Below, piece by piece: positions 1-14,417 of a stretch of 64,000 nt of DNA. A program made the position numbers and the translations under genes. The notes under the pieces are model-generated. The model was not told the DNA's origin and did no database searches. It was given only the letters and a program-made list of their open reading frames with translations. The stretch comes from Eledone cirrhosa (lineage: Eukaryota), in NCBI GenBank assembly GCA_964016885.1, contig OZ024747.1, positions 68,696,001 through 68,760,000 on the forward strand, written 5' to 3'. The first letter of the stretch is position 1, and each line of letters opens with the position of its first letter.

Positions 1-1016
1 GGGGTAGAAGATGGGATGGAGCAGAGGTTAAGAGTTTAAATAGGTACTCGAAGTTTTGCGTAAAACTTAGCAAGTTTAACAAATTATATTTAAAGGAATA
101 TAGATATTAATGGAACCTTCACATTGGATATGATTCAAATATTATTATGGTGGATTGGCAGTATCGGTAGAGGGTCGGACGCCATGCTAGGGCGGTGGAT
201 TGGCAGTATCGGTAGAAAGTCGGACGCCTTGCTTTCCAGCATAGTTACGTCCCTTTACGGTCTGAATTCAAATCCCGCCAAGGTTAACTTTGCCTTTCAT
301 CTTTACGGGGTTGTTTTTATACTTCATTATTTTGTTTTAGAGTTGTATTTGTCTGGCAATAACTTGAGTGTAAAACCGAGTCAGGCCTTTGATTGATTGT
401 TCTTCTCATTCCACATAATGACATAATTATCCTTGCATATTTTTTGCCCCTCACAAGAGAATGTCTTCACATACCGTCGTTATGTCTTGCTGTTTTCTTT
501 TAGTCGTAAAGTTTTATGAAATATTTACTTCTGTGTTTACAGGTTGATTATTCAGTTTCAGAAGATTCCGTATAAGGTACAATCAGAAATTCTTGGCTCA
601 AACTTTAATCTCTACTAATAATAGATATTTACTCTATGGGTTCATATATACTTATATTTATATACAATCCTTATCGAGCCCTCTTTGGATTTTGGTTCTT
701 GTATTTATTATTACTATATATATGTATATGTTCTCGTGTATATACATACACACACAAGAATATTTTCTCTAGTATACTTTCCCGGAGATTGGGATATTTG
801 GCTGTCAATTGGTATATGTTCACATATACATACATACTATATATACACACATAACCATACATATATATTTATGTACATGTGTGTGTGTGTATATATATAT
901 ATGTGTGTGTACACACACACACATATATATATGTAAAATGTAAACAGAAATAACACAATTGGTACAGTATATGGAAGGAACATATTAGTTTAATGCTTGA
1001 AATAGTAGGAAGAGGG

Positions 1017-1052
1017 TCTTAACATTTTGGACGCTAGTCCTTCATCAGAAGA
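1017..1052 (-). ncRNA. Degenerate minimal hammerhead motif
   Basis: Minus strand tctt-CTGATGA-a-ggac(tagc)gtcc-AAAA-tgtt-aaga. GAAACG has apparently decayed to AAAATG by two CpG transitions. Confidence 0.55.
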
Positions 1053-1374
1053 AAGATTGAAAAATTAGAAAGATTGAAGGGACGGGCAAGGTGGAATCGG
1101 AAAAAATGTTTTTATATATATATATATAAAATGTTGTAGTTTGCTTGAAGCATAGTATACAATATATTACATAATGTGGAAAGTGATATAAGGCTAAATA
1201 ATGCAAAATGGATGTTAAGATGAAGGTAACAAAATATTTAGCTACTTGGTAATCTTTGTTTGTTGCTGTTGTTTCTTTTGTCCTAATATTTTGGGAAATA
1301 TAAATTTAATTCCAAAGAGAAGAAACCGGAAGAGTTTTCTGTGAGTTCCTTATACTCTGAAGAAGGGAATTTTA

Positions 1375-1409
<35 letters not shown>

Positions 1410-1463
1410 CCTGGACACTTTCTTGTTCACAAGTGTTTTTTTAGGCATCATATCATGTTACCT

Positions 1464-1534
1464 TATTTTATCTGATGAGAACGCAACTATCGTCTCAGGA
1501 TGATATTTGTTTTTGAAATGCGCATAATAAAATA
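1464..1534 (+). ncRNA. Type I hammerhead ribozyme motif
   Basis: tattttat-CTGATGA-gaac...gttttt-GAAA-tgcgc-ATA-ataaaata. 8-bp stem I; palindromic stem III AUGCGCAU; predicted cleavage after 1526. Confidence 0.85.
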
Positions 1535-1566
1535 TATGGAACTTTTTTAACCATCTTTTAATTTCT

Positions 1567-1665
<99 letters not shown>

Positions 1666-2159
1666 CATATACACACACATATATGTACTAACTACTTTTT
1701 CTAGCAAATACGTTATTCACTCACTGCCCACCTTACCACCTGTCTTTGACCACTGTATCATCTGTTAATTCCTCCCTCCGCCTCTTGAGATTTTCTCACT
1801 TGCTACAAACGCTTCAAGAAACAGTTCTTTTTTCAACACAGCAATAATGCATTTTATAGTGCATATGTAATTTTATATATATATATATATATATAAACAG
1901 GAGACAGCATTCTGATACACGCCAAAAACAACATAAACCCAACCTGCGCACTTCGTCAAATGCTCTACCTTGCATACTGAAGAAGTGTTGGTAATTAACC
2001 AACACATACTCTAATTAATATATTATATATATATGTGTATATATATATATGCAGGACAAAAGACAAAACCTGACAAAGGGTGGAATAACTTAAAGAGTCA
2101 ACAGTCATCCAAAAATGTGTAAATATGTATGTACACATGTATGTATATGCGTGATGACA

Positions 2160-2500
2160 TAGAGATAGTCAGGCTGGATACCCTATTGCGCGGTTAAACC
2201 ACTGGAAGTGAAGGACCTCTAGCCTTTGTCAAGGCATTCTTCTAGGAGGAGGCAACTCAGGAAACTGGGATAACTCCAACATAAAACCTATGGCTCAGTA
2301 GTTACCGATGATGTTGATCTTTTCTTCTTTTCAGGTTATAGCTACTGTCGCTCAGAGAGTGGGATTGGCTCAGTGCACAGTCTTTCCTCACTTTAAAAAA
2401 AATCTTCATGCACAGGCATTGCACGATAGAATTAATTGATAATTATTAATAATGTTTTATCGTGCAATGGCCATACTCGATAACGAGGGGGCAGCCATCA
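2160..2500 (+). mobile_element. Short non-autonomous RTE-dependent element
   Basis: The last 39 nt (gtgcaatggccatactcgataacgagggggcagccatca) are identical to the 3' terminus of the RTE LINE at 59727-59765. Confidence 0.75.
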
Positions 2501-2875
2501 TATATAGTTTGACAATAGCCACCGACGAATGCGAGAAAGTTCTCCAGGAAATTTAACCAGGAATCTTTAAAAAAATCTCCCCACTGAAGGTAACAAAGAA
2601 CTTAATAGATCAACCAAACCAAATTGTAAAATTATAATATTATAAAATTAAATTGAATTGTTTTGAACTATAAGTGAAGTCATTCTTTTCCTTTTTTAAA
2701 ATATGCCTAACTGTACCAAGGATTTCACACATTTTCCAATATAAATATATATATATGTGTGTGTGTGAGTATGTGTGTATGTATGTATTTGTATATATAT
2801 ATATATATAACATAGTTGAATTTCATAATAAATATTCAAGAAGTTAGATCTCTCAGTCCAGGGGACAAGTTGTGT

Positions 2876-2908
<33 letters not shown>

Positions 2909-4662
2909 CCCAGAAACATTAGTGTCTGCAGTTCTGTTTGCATGCTAACAAACATAAGAGCAAGAATGAAGTGTTCATTCTACTGACATGGCTATAAAAT
3001 TGAAGCTTGTTTGCATAATTGCAAACGAATAGAATGTTATTATTAATATTCGAAAAACTCAGATTTCATTTATTATATTATATCCAATTCATATACACAT
3101 ATAGATTTGTGAATAAATATAGATAAATGAATAAGTGCAAATATATACAAATGAGGTTCCTCTCACCCATGAGTGAGAAGCCATAGGGTATGTTGTCTCA
3201 GTATGTCCCGTGGCGCTGACTTCCTTTCAGGGTTTGTACTCAAATCAAGTACATCCAAAAGTACCTGTGTGCATCTTTCAGTCAGGTCATTAGATCCATG
3301 AAGGACCCTACATGTTCACTCAGCCAGTAGGGTGTTTATCAAGTACCTGTCTTTTCAGGATGTCTTGCACTAATTCCCTCTTTCATGCCCAAAGAACTCA
3401 GTTGCTATTCTCTAGGTAATATATCATGGTATTGATCTGTAACCCCTAAGGAGTCATTGGGGGCACCATATAGACATACAGCATTTTTAGGGCATTCTTA
3501 AACCTGGTGAAGCCCATCTCCTCTCCAGGTATGAATACAGCAGATGTCTTCCAGAGAAGGATAGAGAGTGAGAGAGAGGAATTGAGAAAGAGATATAGAG
3601 GAAGAATCAACCTTAGTACTGGACTGGTACTTTTTTTATTGACCTCAAATGCATGAAAGGCAAAGTTGACCTCAACAGGATTTGAACTCAGAGAGCCAGA
3701 ATGAATACAGCAAAGCATTCTAACAACTCTGTCAATTCGCCACCTATTGCCAATATTATATATATTGGATTGGCAGTATCGATAGAGAATCGGACGCCAT
3801 GCTTTGTAGCAAAGAGTTACGTCCCTTTATGGTCTGAGTTCAAATCCCGCCGAGGTTAACTTTGCCTTTCATCCTTACGGGGTGGATAAAATAAAGTACC
3901 AGTAATGCACTGGGATAATTGCTGGCCCTGTGCCAAAAGTAGAAACCATTATTAATATTACTTAATTAACCATTGTTCTTTTAGACCTCAGATATTTTTG
4001 TGGGGATATAATTGATCCCCAATCAATGATTGGTCTTTATTTTAACAACCTTGGAAGTCCAAGTCCTGATAGAGGTATCTTTGCCCTTTGTCATACCTGA
4101 ATTGATAAAATAGGTTAACAGTTAAGTTAATTTATTTTATCAATAATGAAGTACACTCTTTCTCCAAAAATGTTGCCTTGTACCTAAATAAGAAATTAAT
4201 GCTAGGATGGTGGATTGGCAGAATTGTTAGAGCATTCATCAAACACTTTGTGGTGTTTGTTTCAACTCTTTACATTCTGTTCAAATTCCTCTCAGATCTG
4301 GAGGGATCAAGTAGTTGTGTTGATATAACCAACTATTTCCTTCCTTTAACCCTTTCATGACCATATTTCTAATGAAATACACTTTATTTCAATTATTTAA
4401 CCCTTTAGTGTTTAAACCAGTCGTATCTGGCCAGAATTCTCTCACTTCTTTCTGTTCAAACTAGCTGTAACTGGCCATTCATACTGATCTTAAGATATTG
4501 TTCTCAAAATAAATAATATCAAAATCTCATAGATTCGATATTATGTGGGATAAAACGTTTACCACGAAAATACAATAGTATATATAGAGTAATGTAAATG
4601 CTAAATGGTTAATGAAGAATTTTGAGAGATTTACTAAAATTATTGTAATTTAAGATTGTAAT

Positions 4663-4891
4663 TTAACCCTTTAGCATTTAAACTGGCTATATCCGGCCAG
4701 AATTCTCTCACTTCTTTCTGTTCAAACCAGCTGTAATTGGCCACTCATACTTATGTTAAGGTATTGTTCTCAAAATAAATAATATCAAAATCTCATAGAT
4801 TCCATATTATGTGGGATAATTATGGAAGGTAAAGCCTTTACTGCAAAAATACAATAGTAAATATAGAGTAATGTAAATGATAAAGGGTTAA
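4663..4891 (+). mobile_element. piggyBac-like MITE family (~225 bp); representative copy
   Basis: TTAA|CCCTTTAGCATTTA...TAAATG(C/A)TAAAGGG|TTAA. Other copies at ~4397-4612, 8107-8538, 23700-23912, 26646-26872, 28462-28684, 39787-40014, 45035-45263, 46513-46736, 48815-49029, and the split copy 53565/58878. Confidence 0.85.
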
Positions 4892-5499
4892 TGAAGAATT
4901 TTGAGTGATTTACTAAAATTATCAATTATTTCATTACCAAGATTGTAATTTAATGTAAGTTTTTATATTAAATTATGTTGGAAGATTTTAATTTAAATGG
5001 GAAAACTTTAAAATGGGTGATTTTATTTAATAGAATCAGAACCAGTTTTGGCCAGGTTGGTATCAAAACGGTTAAATTTATGGCCTTGTGCTAATGTTAG
5101 AGTTCATTTATTTATCGCTAAACCTCTGAAAGTGTGGAAGCAATATTTGTTATTTTTATGTGTAATGGTAGATGTTCCTATAGTAATAATGGTAGTCAGT
5201 TTATAGCTGTTTCTATAGTAACAGGAACTGTTTATATAGTAATGTTATTAGCAGCTGCCGTTGTTGTTGTTGCTGTTGTTGTATTCAGTAAGCCATTGCT
5301 AATATACAGTGATTGTTGCTATAGGAATACCGCCACTGAAAACATGCTGGAGTATAAGCAGAAGCTGACATGGTGTGATAATGGTTAAATTTTCAGATGA
5401 TAAATAAAATGAACTGGTTTCTTTATGTAATTTTTCCTCTTTGGAATTTGTCCAGAAGCCTCGTTTCTCTTACCAGAACAGGTATTTTGTGTGTGGCGC

Positions 5500-6310
5500 A
5501 CATGCACACACATACACACACACAATAACACATACATACATATACATACATACACACACAAACACACACTAACAAACATATACATACATACACACAAACA
5601 CACACTAACAAACATATACATACATACACACACACAAACACACACTAACAAACATGCATACACACACTAGCAAACCCATACATACATACACACACACACA
5701 CACTAACAAACACATACATATACATACACATACATACACACAAACACACACGCACATTAACAAATACATGCACACACATACACACACACACATACATGCA
5801 CATACACACATGCAAATACATGCACACACACATACATACATACTCACATACATACATGCACACAAACAAACATACATACACACTAACAAATACATGCACA
5901 CATACATATACATACAGACATACACACAAACACACATTCATATATGTACACAAACAAACAAGCACACACACACACACTAACAAATACATGCAGACATACA
6001 CACATACATACAAATAAATACACAATAAACACACACACACACTAACAAATACATGCACACATACACACACACATACATACACATGCATCCATACATAAAT
6101 ACACACACACACACACACTCTAATAAATTCATATACAGAAACAAATACACACTGGACACACACATACTAACAAATACATACATACACACATACACACGCA
6201 CATACATACACACAAATAAATACACAATAGACACACACATACACACACACTAACAAATACATACACACATGCATACATACACATACATACACATACATAC
6301 ATGCATACAA
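5500..6310. repeat. Compound (CA)n/(CATA)n microsatellite field; similar fields at 12790-13360, 42140-42610, 46140-46380, 59225-59725, 61760-61985, 63647-63910
   Basis: Direct inspection; these fields account for the HT/YI/CV-rich pseudo-ORFs. Confidence 0.95.
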
Positions 6311-6461
6311 ATAATTGTTTCTACTTTTGGCACAAGGCCAGCAATTACCCCAGTGCATTACTGGTATTTTATTTTATCGACCCCGTAAGGATAAAAGCCA
6401 AAGTTAACCTCAACGGGATATAATACACAATAGACACACACTGACAAATACATACATACAT

Positions 6462-7552
6462 CCACCCAGGGATGTCGCTCAGCAGTACCGCAGTGAATCC
6501 ATGGATGAAAAACTTCATGCTTATCAGCAAAAAATCATGCATGGATGTGTTGCCAGGAAGCTCCAGAGTGAGAGTAATATAGATAAGGAGAGTAGTCTAT
6601 CTTGGACCAACAACCGCTATATTGGCTCCCACTTTGAAGGATACACTTTTGAAATCCAAGAACAGGAAATCAACGTGAAATACCTAATTCACAAAAGAGA
6701 TAGGGATGCAGGCAAAAGACCTAGATGTGACAACACGTGCAGACTCTGCAGAATTAATATCAAAGATGTCACCCATGTCATAAGCAGTTGTCCAAAGCTG
6801 TCATTGCGGTACTATCTACCTATGAGGCATGATGTAGTGGCCAAAACACTGTACAATGAAATCCGTAGAAAAGATATCCCCGACAATAAACACATTAAAA
6901 GCTACAGCAATGTGGAAGACATCCATGTACATAATATGAAAGAGTACTGGTGGAATGTTCCAGTAAAAACCCCAATAAAATGCAGGCATAACAGACCAGA
7001 TATTATGATATGGGACAGGGGTAAGAAGGCATGCACAGTAGTAGAAGTTAGCTGCCCAGAAGATGCCAATATAATATTAATGATTAGCGAAAAGGAGAAT
7101 ATCTATGCAGAACTAATGAGAAATCTGCAGATACTCCAGACTGACTATTCCTTCAGATTTATGCCTGTGATTATTGGGACACTGGGATATGTTAGTAACT
7201 GCCTCAGTACAAATCTTAAGAAGTTGGGCTTCACAGAAATAGAAAGAACACGACGAGTTAGGAAATTACAAGTACAATCCATTAATGGAACAATAAAAAT
7301 ATGTAAAACATTCCAAAAATTCTGCATCTAATAACTGCATATATACTTGTACAGATACAAAGCATATGCACGTGCACACATATAACTCAAAACATCCACA
7401 TCCACAATAACATCCATACCTGCACACACACACGCATGCAGACATAGATACATATCTACCTAGTTGATGTTGTGTAAATTGCAATGTAACTATGTTAGAA
7501 ACCGACTCTCTCTCTATTGGTAAAAATTTGTTAAATTATAAAACCAGAAGAA
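6462..7552 (+). mobile_element. 5'-truncated R4/Dong-like non-LTR retrotransposon (restriction-like endonuclease end; ORF 6501-7331)
   Basis: CCHC knuckle CRLC...VTHVISSC, RHD motif, NRPDIMIWD...VVEVSCP...EKENIY (PD..E..K type RLE). Flanked by (CATA)n on both sides. Confidence 0.88.
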
Positions 7553-8539
7553 CATGCATACATAAATAGATAACACACATACATAAATACACACACACAC
7601 ACTTACATATATTCATACAAATACACAAACAAATACAGACACAGCAACACCTCCATTGTTGTTTGGAATGTAACAAGATTTATTTACAAGTTAAAATGAT
7701 ATTGAAGTGTTCAAGATGATTAGATGGCTCTGTAAACACAAAGAAGAGAAATTTCACTGAACATCAGTTTAATTAAGCTTCTGTCATAAGCTTAAAGGAA
7801 AAAGATAGTCAGGTGTTGTTGCTATTAACGTTGTTGTTGTTGTTGCTCTTCTTCTTCTTCTTCTTCTTCTTCTTACACTGGAGTCTATTAATCAAACTAC
7901 CTGCCAGGAAAATGTTAAACTATATATATCAGTCTATTTAGTTTATCTAAACACTCATTAACAGGGTCTTTGTGAATAGTTGAAGCCCATAAAACCCCCA
8001 CAGTGGACTGAAACAGATTCAGCTGATACATATTTTACTGTCTGTGAAGATATTGTATTTAAAGACAAGGTCTTAACATTTGCCTATTATAAATATAAAG
8101 TCTGTCTTAACCCTTTACCATTTAAACCAGCCATATCCGACCAGAACTCTCTCACCCCTTTCTGTTCAAACTGGCTGTAACCGGCCACTGATACCCACAT
8201 TAGCATTTACATTACTCTATATATACTATTGTATTTTTGTGGTAAAGACTTTATCTTACATAATATCAAATCTATGAGATTTTGATATTATATATTTTGA
8301 GAACATAACCTTAACATCACTATGAGTGGCCAGATATGGCCAGTTTGAAGAGAAAGAGGTGAGAACATTTTGGCTGGATATGGTCAGTTTGAATGCTAAA
8401 GGGTTAAGGTATTGCTCTCAAAATAAATAATATCAAAGTCTCGTAGATTCGATATTATAGGAGCTAATTATATAAGATAAATCCTTTACTGTGAAAATAC
8501 AATAGTATATAGAAAGTAATGTAAATGCTAAAGGGTTAA

Positions 8540-8808
8540 GCCAGAAGGCTCGTTAGGCCGGTGCTTATCCTGGTTTCAAGGTGTGAAGTGACTGAGAGTA
8601 CAAGACTCCCCATTGGACAGGACACCAGTCCATCACAGGGTTAATCCCCCAGCTATTGCTGGTACTCATTTTCAGTTGAGTATACTGGAGCAGCATGAAA
8701 TGAAATGCTTTGCTCAAGAACACAACACACAACCCAGCCCAGGAATCAAACCCACAACATCATGATGGTAAGTCGAACACCCTTACAACTAGGCCATGTG
8801 CCTCTACT
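8540..8808 (-). mobile_element. Second tRNA-derived SINE family
   Basis: Minus-strand head ggcacatggcctagttgtaagggtg...gggtttgattcc, then tgtgttcttgagcaaagca. Related copies at ~19280-19535, 27445-27550, 40375-40495. Confidence 0.72.
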
Positions 8809-9677
8809 ATTATAAGGTGTTGACTAAAATCTGTAGATATATTCCATAGCACAATATAACATTGAAACAAAATGGTTAATATACAAGTACTATAATACAG
8901 TTAGGTTTCTGCAGTTGGAATTAAAGACGTGTATTGGAATCGACCCATTTAGCTATTCTCAACACTTTTATCCAAAACGCAATACTTTATTCTGAATCTT
9001 ATCATCCACCCATCACTCTATGATATATTAAAGCTTAACATAGGTACCAATCTAAATTATTAGATGGGTTCATCTGTATTACATCTTTAACCCTTGGTTT
9101 ACATTTAGCCCATCTCTTTAGTCATAACCTTTATTATATGAGTATACCAGGAGGAAGTGTCTGTATGATATTTCAAAGTCTGTTTAGCTGACAGAGTCAA
9201 TATTTTTGAAAAGATCTAAATGAACAAATGGAGGAATGTTTATGAGCAATGTAAGAACTCTAAATTAATGTAATGAAAGAACAGAAAATTTTCTATGTGA
9301 GGTATTGTCTAGTTTTGCACCTGAACAACCTCTTTTGCTCAGTATTATTTTGTTAGGGTGGTGGATTGGCAGTATCGGTAGAGTGTCAGATACCATGCTT
9401 TGCAGTATAGAGTTATGGCCCTTTACATTCTGAGTTCAAATCCCGCCAAGGTCGATAAAATAAAGCACCAGTAATGCACTGGGGTAACTACTGGCCTTGT
9501 GCCAAAAGTAGAAACAATTATTTTGTTATTCAGCGATAAAATACAATAAAACAGAATAATTCCATTTAGTTGATGTGAACATGAACTTAAGCCATGTTGA
9601 ATGTTACTTTCATAATGGTGAAAGCCTTTGGGAGATGCTGTTGCATATATGTTTAGATGGCAACAAGTACAGTCCAA

Positions 9678-9901
9678 AAATTCTGCAAGTAATAACTGCA
9701 TATACATATGTACAGATACAGAACATATGCACATATATGACTCACATATCCATATCTGCACACACACTCATGCATGCAGACAAGCATATGCATTTACCTA
9801 GTTGATGTTGTCTAAATTGCAATGAAAGAGTTTTGTGTCTATGTTAGAAACTGACTTTCTTGCTATTGGTAAAAAATTATAAAATTATGAAACCAGAAGA
9901 A
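9678..9901 (+). mobile_element. 3' UTR fragment of the same R4/Dong-like family
   Basis: Homologous to 7317-7552 (aaattctgca..taataactgcatat...aaaccagaagaa), followed by catacatac. Confidence 0.8.
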
Positions 9902-12813
9902 CATACATACATGATGGCTGCTAAGAGTATTGCAATCACTTGTCAGATTACAGAAAATAGTGCACTTTTAGGCTACAGCTAGCCACACAGACCTGTAACA
10001 TAACCTGAACAATCAATGCCTGTGCTTTGAAGGTTTTTTAAGTGGGGAAAGGCCTTGCACTCAACTAATCCCACTCTCTGAGCATCGAAAACACTACCCA
10101 AAGCTGCAGGGTTTTTTTTCCAGAGTTTTCCTCTCTTAGAAAGGTGTTGTGACAACAATTGGGGACCTTTCATACATACATATATACATACATATGATAT
10201 CTTATTGTTTTTCCTACTCAAATGAGACACACACATAGATACCTTGAAAATAATTTCTTCCACACTCTGCATCGCACAGTATTTTTACAAGTCTTTGAAT
10301 TAGATCCTATTCACTTAATGTGTTATTTTGTATGTAAAGAATTTAGTGAGGTGATAAACATCCCTTCCTGCTCTCACCCTCCTTGTAAATACACCAAAGA
10401 GAATTAACTATTTTGCAGGGAGGAGATATTTTGTCTGATTTCACCATTTTATAAATACAATATAGTTTATGAACTGTCACTGACCAACACGTTTCTGAGA
10501 ATATACATTAATAAATAAATTGCTTTCAAAAATTTATATAACCTTTTATTCAAAAAGTTGTTAGTTAAGTCCAGTAAATAAATGTTTCATGGATCAATGT
10601 AAGATGTAAATGGAGTAAGATGTTTTAATGTCAAACTTTTGAAAATCTCTTCTCTTATTGATGAGTTTCAATAAAAGAACTAAACCTGATCGTTAAGTAG
10701 GAGGGGACGTTGAAGAAGAAGATAAGAAGAAGGAATAAAACAAAACAAAGAAAATCAATTAGTTCATTTTCTCTGAGACGCAAATAATTTAATGTTTTGA
10801 GTTCTTACCCTTCGTCTTCGATACCAAGGAGATAAAGAAAATATTGTTGCTTTTTGGTCTCATTATAATGACTCATTCTTCTAGACTTGGCCTCAGGAAA
10901 CATGCACGCACACAAACACACACATTCACACATACAACTGTACCTAACCACACAGGAATAGGTTTCTTTGTATGGGCATCTAATTGTTGTTATCCCCTGT
11001 GGGTAGCCAACTCTGTGCTGATGGTGGTGAGTAGGGAGATGGTCCAAGGGCTAAGAACACCAGAAATCTCCACTGCTACGGGCTCAATTACAAACCTGTT
11101 GGAGCGCGACTGATATTGGAGAGTTTACCCTCCTTGGCCTGAAGTGCAGCAGAGTCTGGATTATTCACAGACTGCACCAGATTGTTGCTGTTGTTATTGG
11201 TTCTGGCCAAAAATGTTCAATATACTAGTTAAGCACTTTCAACCATTAAGCCAAGGAACAGTGACAACACTTAAGATCAAGTTTGTAAAGTTATGTCAAG
11301 AAATTTCAAGCTCGATGTAGTTCAATCAGCACATAGAATTAATCTATTAATCCAGTGTGTAATCCATATACAGCTCTCATCTTTCATACACATACCATTG
11401 TCATACAAACACAGTCTTCTCTCTCATGCACTAAATCCGATCCCAGTTTTTCTCTCAGCCTGTTATTTGTTATCATTCTTGCACACTACTATTACATATC
11501 CATCAGAATGTGTTTGCCTAATTTCTTTCTAGTTGGCAAATCCTCTGTACCCAAAGCTCAAGTCTCACTTCCATGCAACATTGCAGTTTGCTCATAGGCA
11601 TCATGCAATCTGTTTTTCTTTTTGAGAGAAAACCCTTTGGTAGCCAGCAGAAGTAGTGGCTCCCTGACCCTTTTTCTGCCTGTTTTCACTGTGACTACTG
11701 TACTTTCTGAACACCAATTTCCACTACATTTTGTATAAGAATATCAAATTTTTTTTTTTTAAACTGTGCATTATCTCTAGTTTATTTGGATGGCAATTGT
11801 AGAATACAATATAAGAAGAGGTTTCTAGGCTTTTGCTATACCCACTTCTATTTGTTTGAGACAAAGGACACTGAGTGTGGTCCCTATGACCCTCTTATGG
11901 TATTGTGTAACCAATTGAGAGAAAGAAAAAAAGAAAATGGAAGAACTGACACAACTACTTTACTTATTGCCCCCAGAAAAATAAAAGACAAATTTGACCT
12001 GGGCAGGATTTGAACTCCAAATGTCAAAATACTCCTAAAAAAGTTTTAAGAAACATATTTGTCTTATGCTGTAACAAATCTGTCAACCAACCACTTAATA
12101 AATAATTAGTATTGCTCTAAAATAAGACTGAATTTAACTGTTTATTTGTCTGAGATGACTTGTTAATAGGATTACAATTTCACAGACAGACTACTGATAT
12201 AATCTTTAAAGTGCATATCTATAACTAGAAATAAATTCAATAGAAACTTTGTATAGAATAAAGGTTCTCAACGGGGGCCATTTCGTGGCCCCAGCGGGGC
12301 ATTATGCAGTAAGGGGTCGTTTGAAACTTTGAGGGCGCTAGAAGCTCGTTTAGTTTGGTAAGTTTTATAAGTCATATTGGTACGTCATTACAGAAGCTTC
12401 TCAACGAATTCCCTGGGGAGATAAAAGAAAATCAAAAGAAATCAAAGAGAATGAAAGTAAGGACTATTTCAACAGAAATGACAAAAAGAAGCAATGGTGG
12501 TGAACATACACACACATACATACATACACACACATATATACATATACATACACACCCATACATATATACACACACAGGCCGGCGTTAGTGTTTGATGAAG
12601 TTGAGTACCTGGTCAGCTTTCAGCCAGAAGTGTGGTATTTAAACTCCCTAGGTAATAAAATCTGGCGACAAAAATGTTCTCCTTACCAAAAAAAAAGAAG
12701 ACAGATCATATCAACATCCTTACACACTTAAATATAAATGCATGTATATATACAAATGTATAAATGCATAGCTATATACATACGTAAATGTATTTATATA
12801 CATATGTATGTAG

Positions 12814-12849
<36 letters not shown>

Positions 12850-12877
12850 CTACATACATATATATATATATATAAAT

Positions 12878-12928
<51 letters not shown>

Positions 12929-13279
12929 TACATACATACATACATATATATAAATATACATACATATATATATATATATATAAATATACATACATACATA
13001 CATATATATAAATATACATACATACATATATATATATGTATATATATACATACATATATATATATGTATATATATACATACATATATATATATGTATATA
13101 TATACATACATATATATATATATGTATATATATACATACATATATATATATGTATATATATACATACATATATATATATGTATATATATACATACATATA
13201 TATATATGTATATATATACATACATATATATATATGTATATATATACATACATATATATATATGTATATATATACATAC

Positions 13280-13341
<62 letters not shown>

Positions 13342-13473
13342 CTACATATATATATATATATAGTATTTTCCGTAGTGTTGTAATATGAATATTACACACA
13401 GTAGATGGACAGCTCACGTAGAGTTTGCTCGACGGTTCCAGTTGTAGTTTCAAAAGTAATCCGGAGAAAATAG

Positions 13474-13800
13474 AAGGATTTAAATGGATACAGTTCAGTT
13501 AAAAGGAATTTATTGACACGTGTTTCAATAACAGTTACATAACCTGAAAACAGCTGCTATCTACAAAGTATCAATTATGTAGACACTCAATATTTCAATG
13601 TTATTATCAACTATCATTTCATCAGAATAATTATTCTGATGAATAATTATTCTGATGAAATGATAGTTGATAATAACATTGAAATATTGAGTGTCTACAT
13701 AATTGATACTTTGTAGATAGCAGCTGTTTTCAGGTTATGTAACTGTTATTGAAACACGTGTCAATAAATTCCTTTTAACTGAACTGTATCCATTTAAATC

Positions 13801-13803
<3 letters not shown>
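13474..13803. repeat. Perfect ~160-bp-arm palindrome (fold-back) in a (TA)n-embedded insert
   Basis: aaggatttaaatgg...atcagaataat mirrored by attattctgat...ccatttaaatcctt; a short duplication lies at the centre. Confidence 0.95.
13647..13767 (+). ncRNA. Type I hammerhead ribozyme motif with long stem II (mirror copy on the minus strand at 13510-13630)
   Basis: ttatt-CTGATGA-aatgatagttg...taactgttatt-GAAA-cacgt-GTC-aataa. Stem III ACACGUGU is a perfect palindrome; canonical GUC triplet. Confidence 0.85.
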
Positions 13804-13849
<46 letters not shown>

Positions 13850-13960
13850 CTACATATATATAAATCTCTCTCTCTATATATATAAATCTACATATATATA
13901 TTTCGTTTCTGAATTTGTTTAGCAAGATTCTTTATCTGAAATCGTGTGTTGAAACCGATA

Positions 13961-14417
13961 TTGTTATACTTTGGGAGGGTCATGTTGCCAATAAGAAACA
14001 CACGCACCAGTTGCTTTCACTTCTATTTATTATAATAAATTTATAATAAATTTATAAATTTATAAATTTCTGGTTGGTTGGTTGGTTCCACAACCAGATA
14101 GTTGTTTATATATAGTCATAGTTCTTTCGTCACACACTCTGTGACCTCTTCAGTGACTGGGGATTCCTTTCTTTGTTTCTGTGCCTCTCCTTTGTTCTGT
14201 CCTACGCCATTTTGTTTCTGTGTGTGAAGAGGTCACAGAGTGTGTGACGAAAGAACTATGACTATATATAAACAACTATCTGGTTGTGGAACCAACCAAC
14301 CAACCAGAAATTTATAAATTTATAAATTTATTATAAATTTATTATAATAAATTGAAGTGAAAGCAACTGGTGCGTGTGTTTCTTATTGGCAACATGACCC
14401 TCCCAAAGTATAACAAT
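13961..14417. repeat. Inverted repeat (~190-bp arms, ~70-bp spacer)
   Basis: ttgttatactttgggagg...gtgacctcttca mirrored by tgaagaggtcac...cctcccaaagtataacaa. Confidence 0.92.
14114..14158 (-). ncRNA. Minimal type I hammerhead motif
   Basis: Minus strand agtca-CTGAAGA-g-gtcac(agagtgt)gtgac-GAAA-gaa-CTA-tgact. Stems I and II pair; a related, more degenerate copy lies at ~35414-35458. Confidence 0.75.

Noticed and set aside
543-576. Possible 34-nt exon (tttacag|...aag|gtacaa)
   Set aside because: Weak donor; the frame compatible with the 38512 exon contains a stop. It could only be UTR and cannot be supported from sequence alone.
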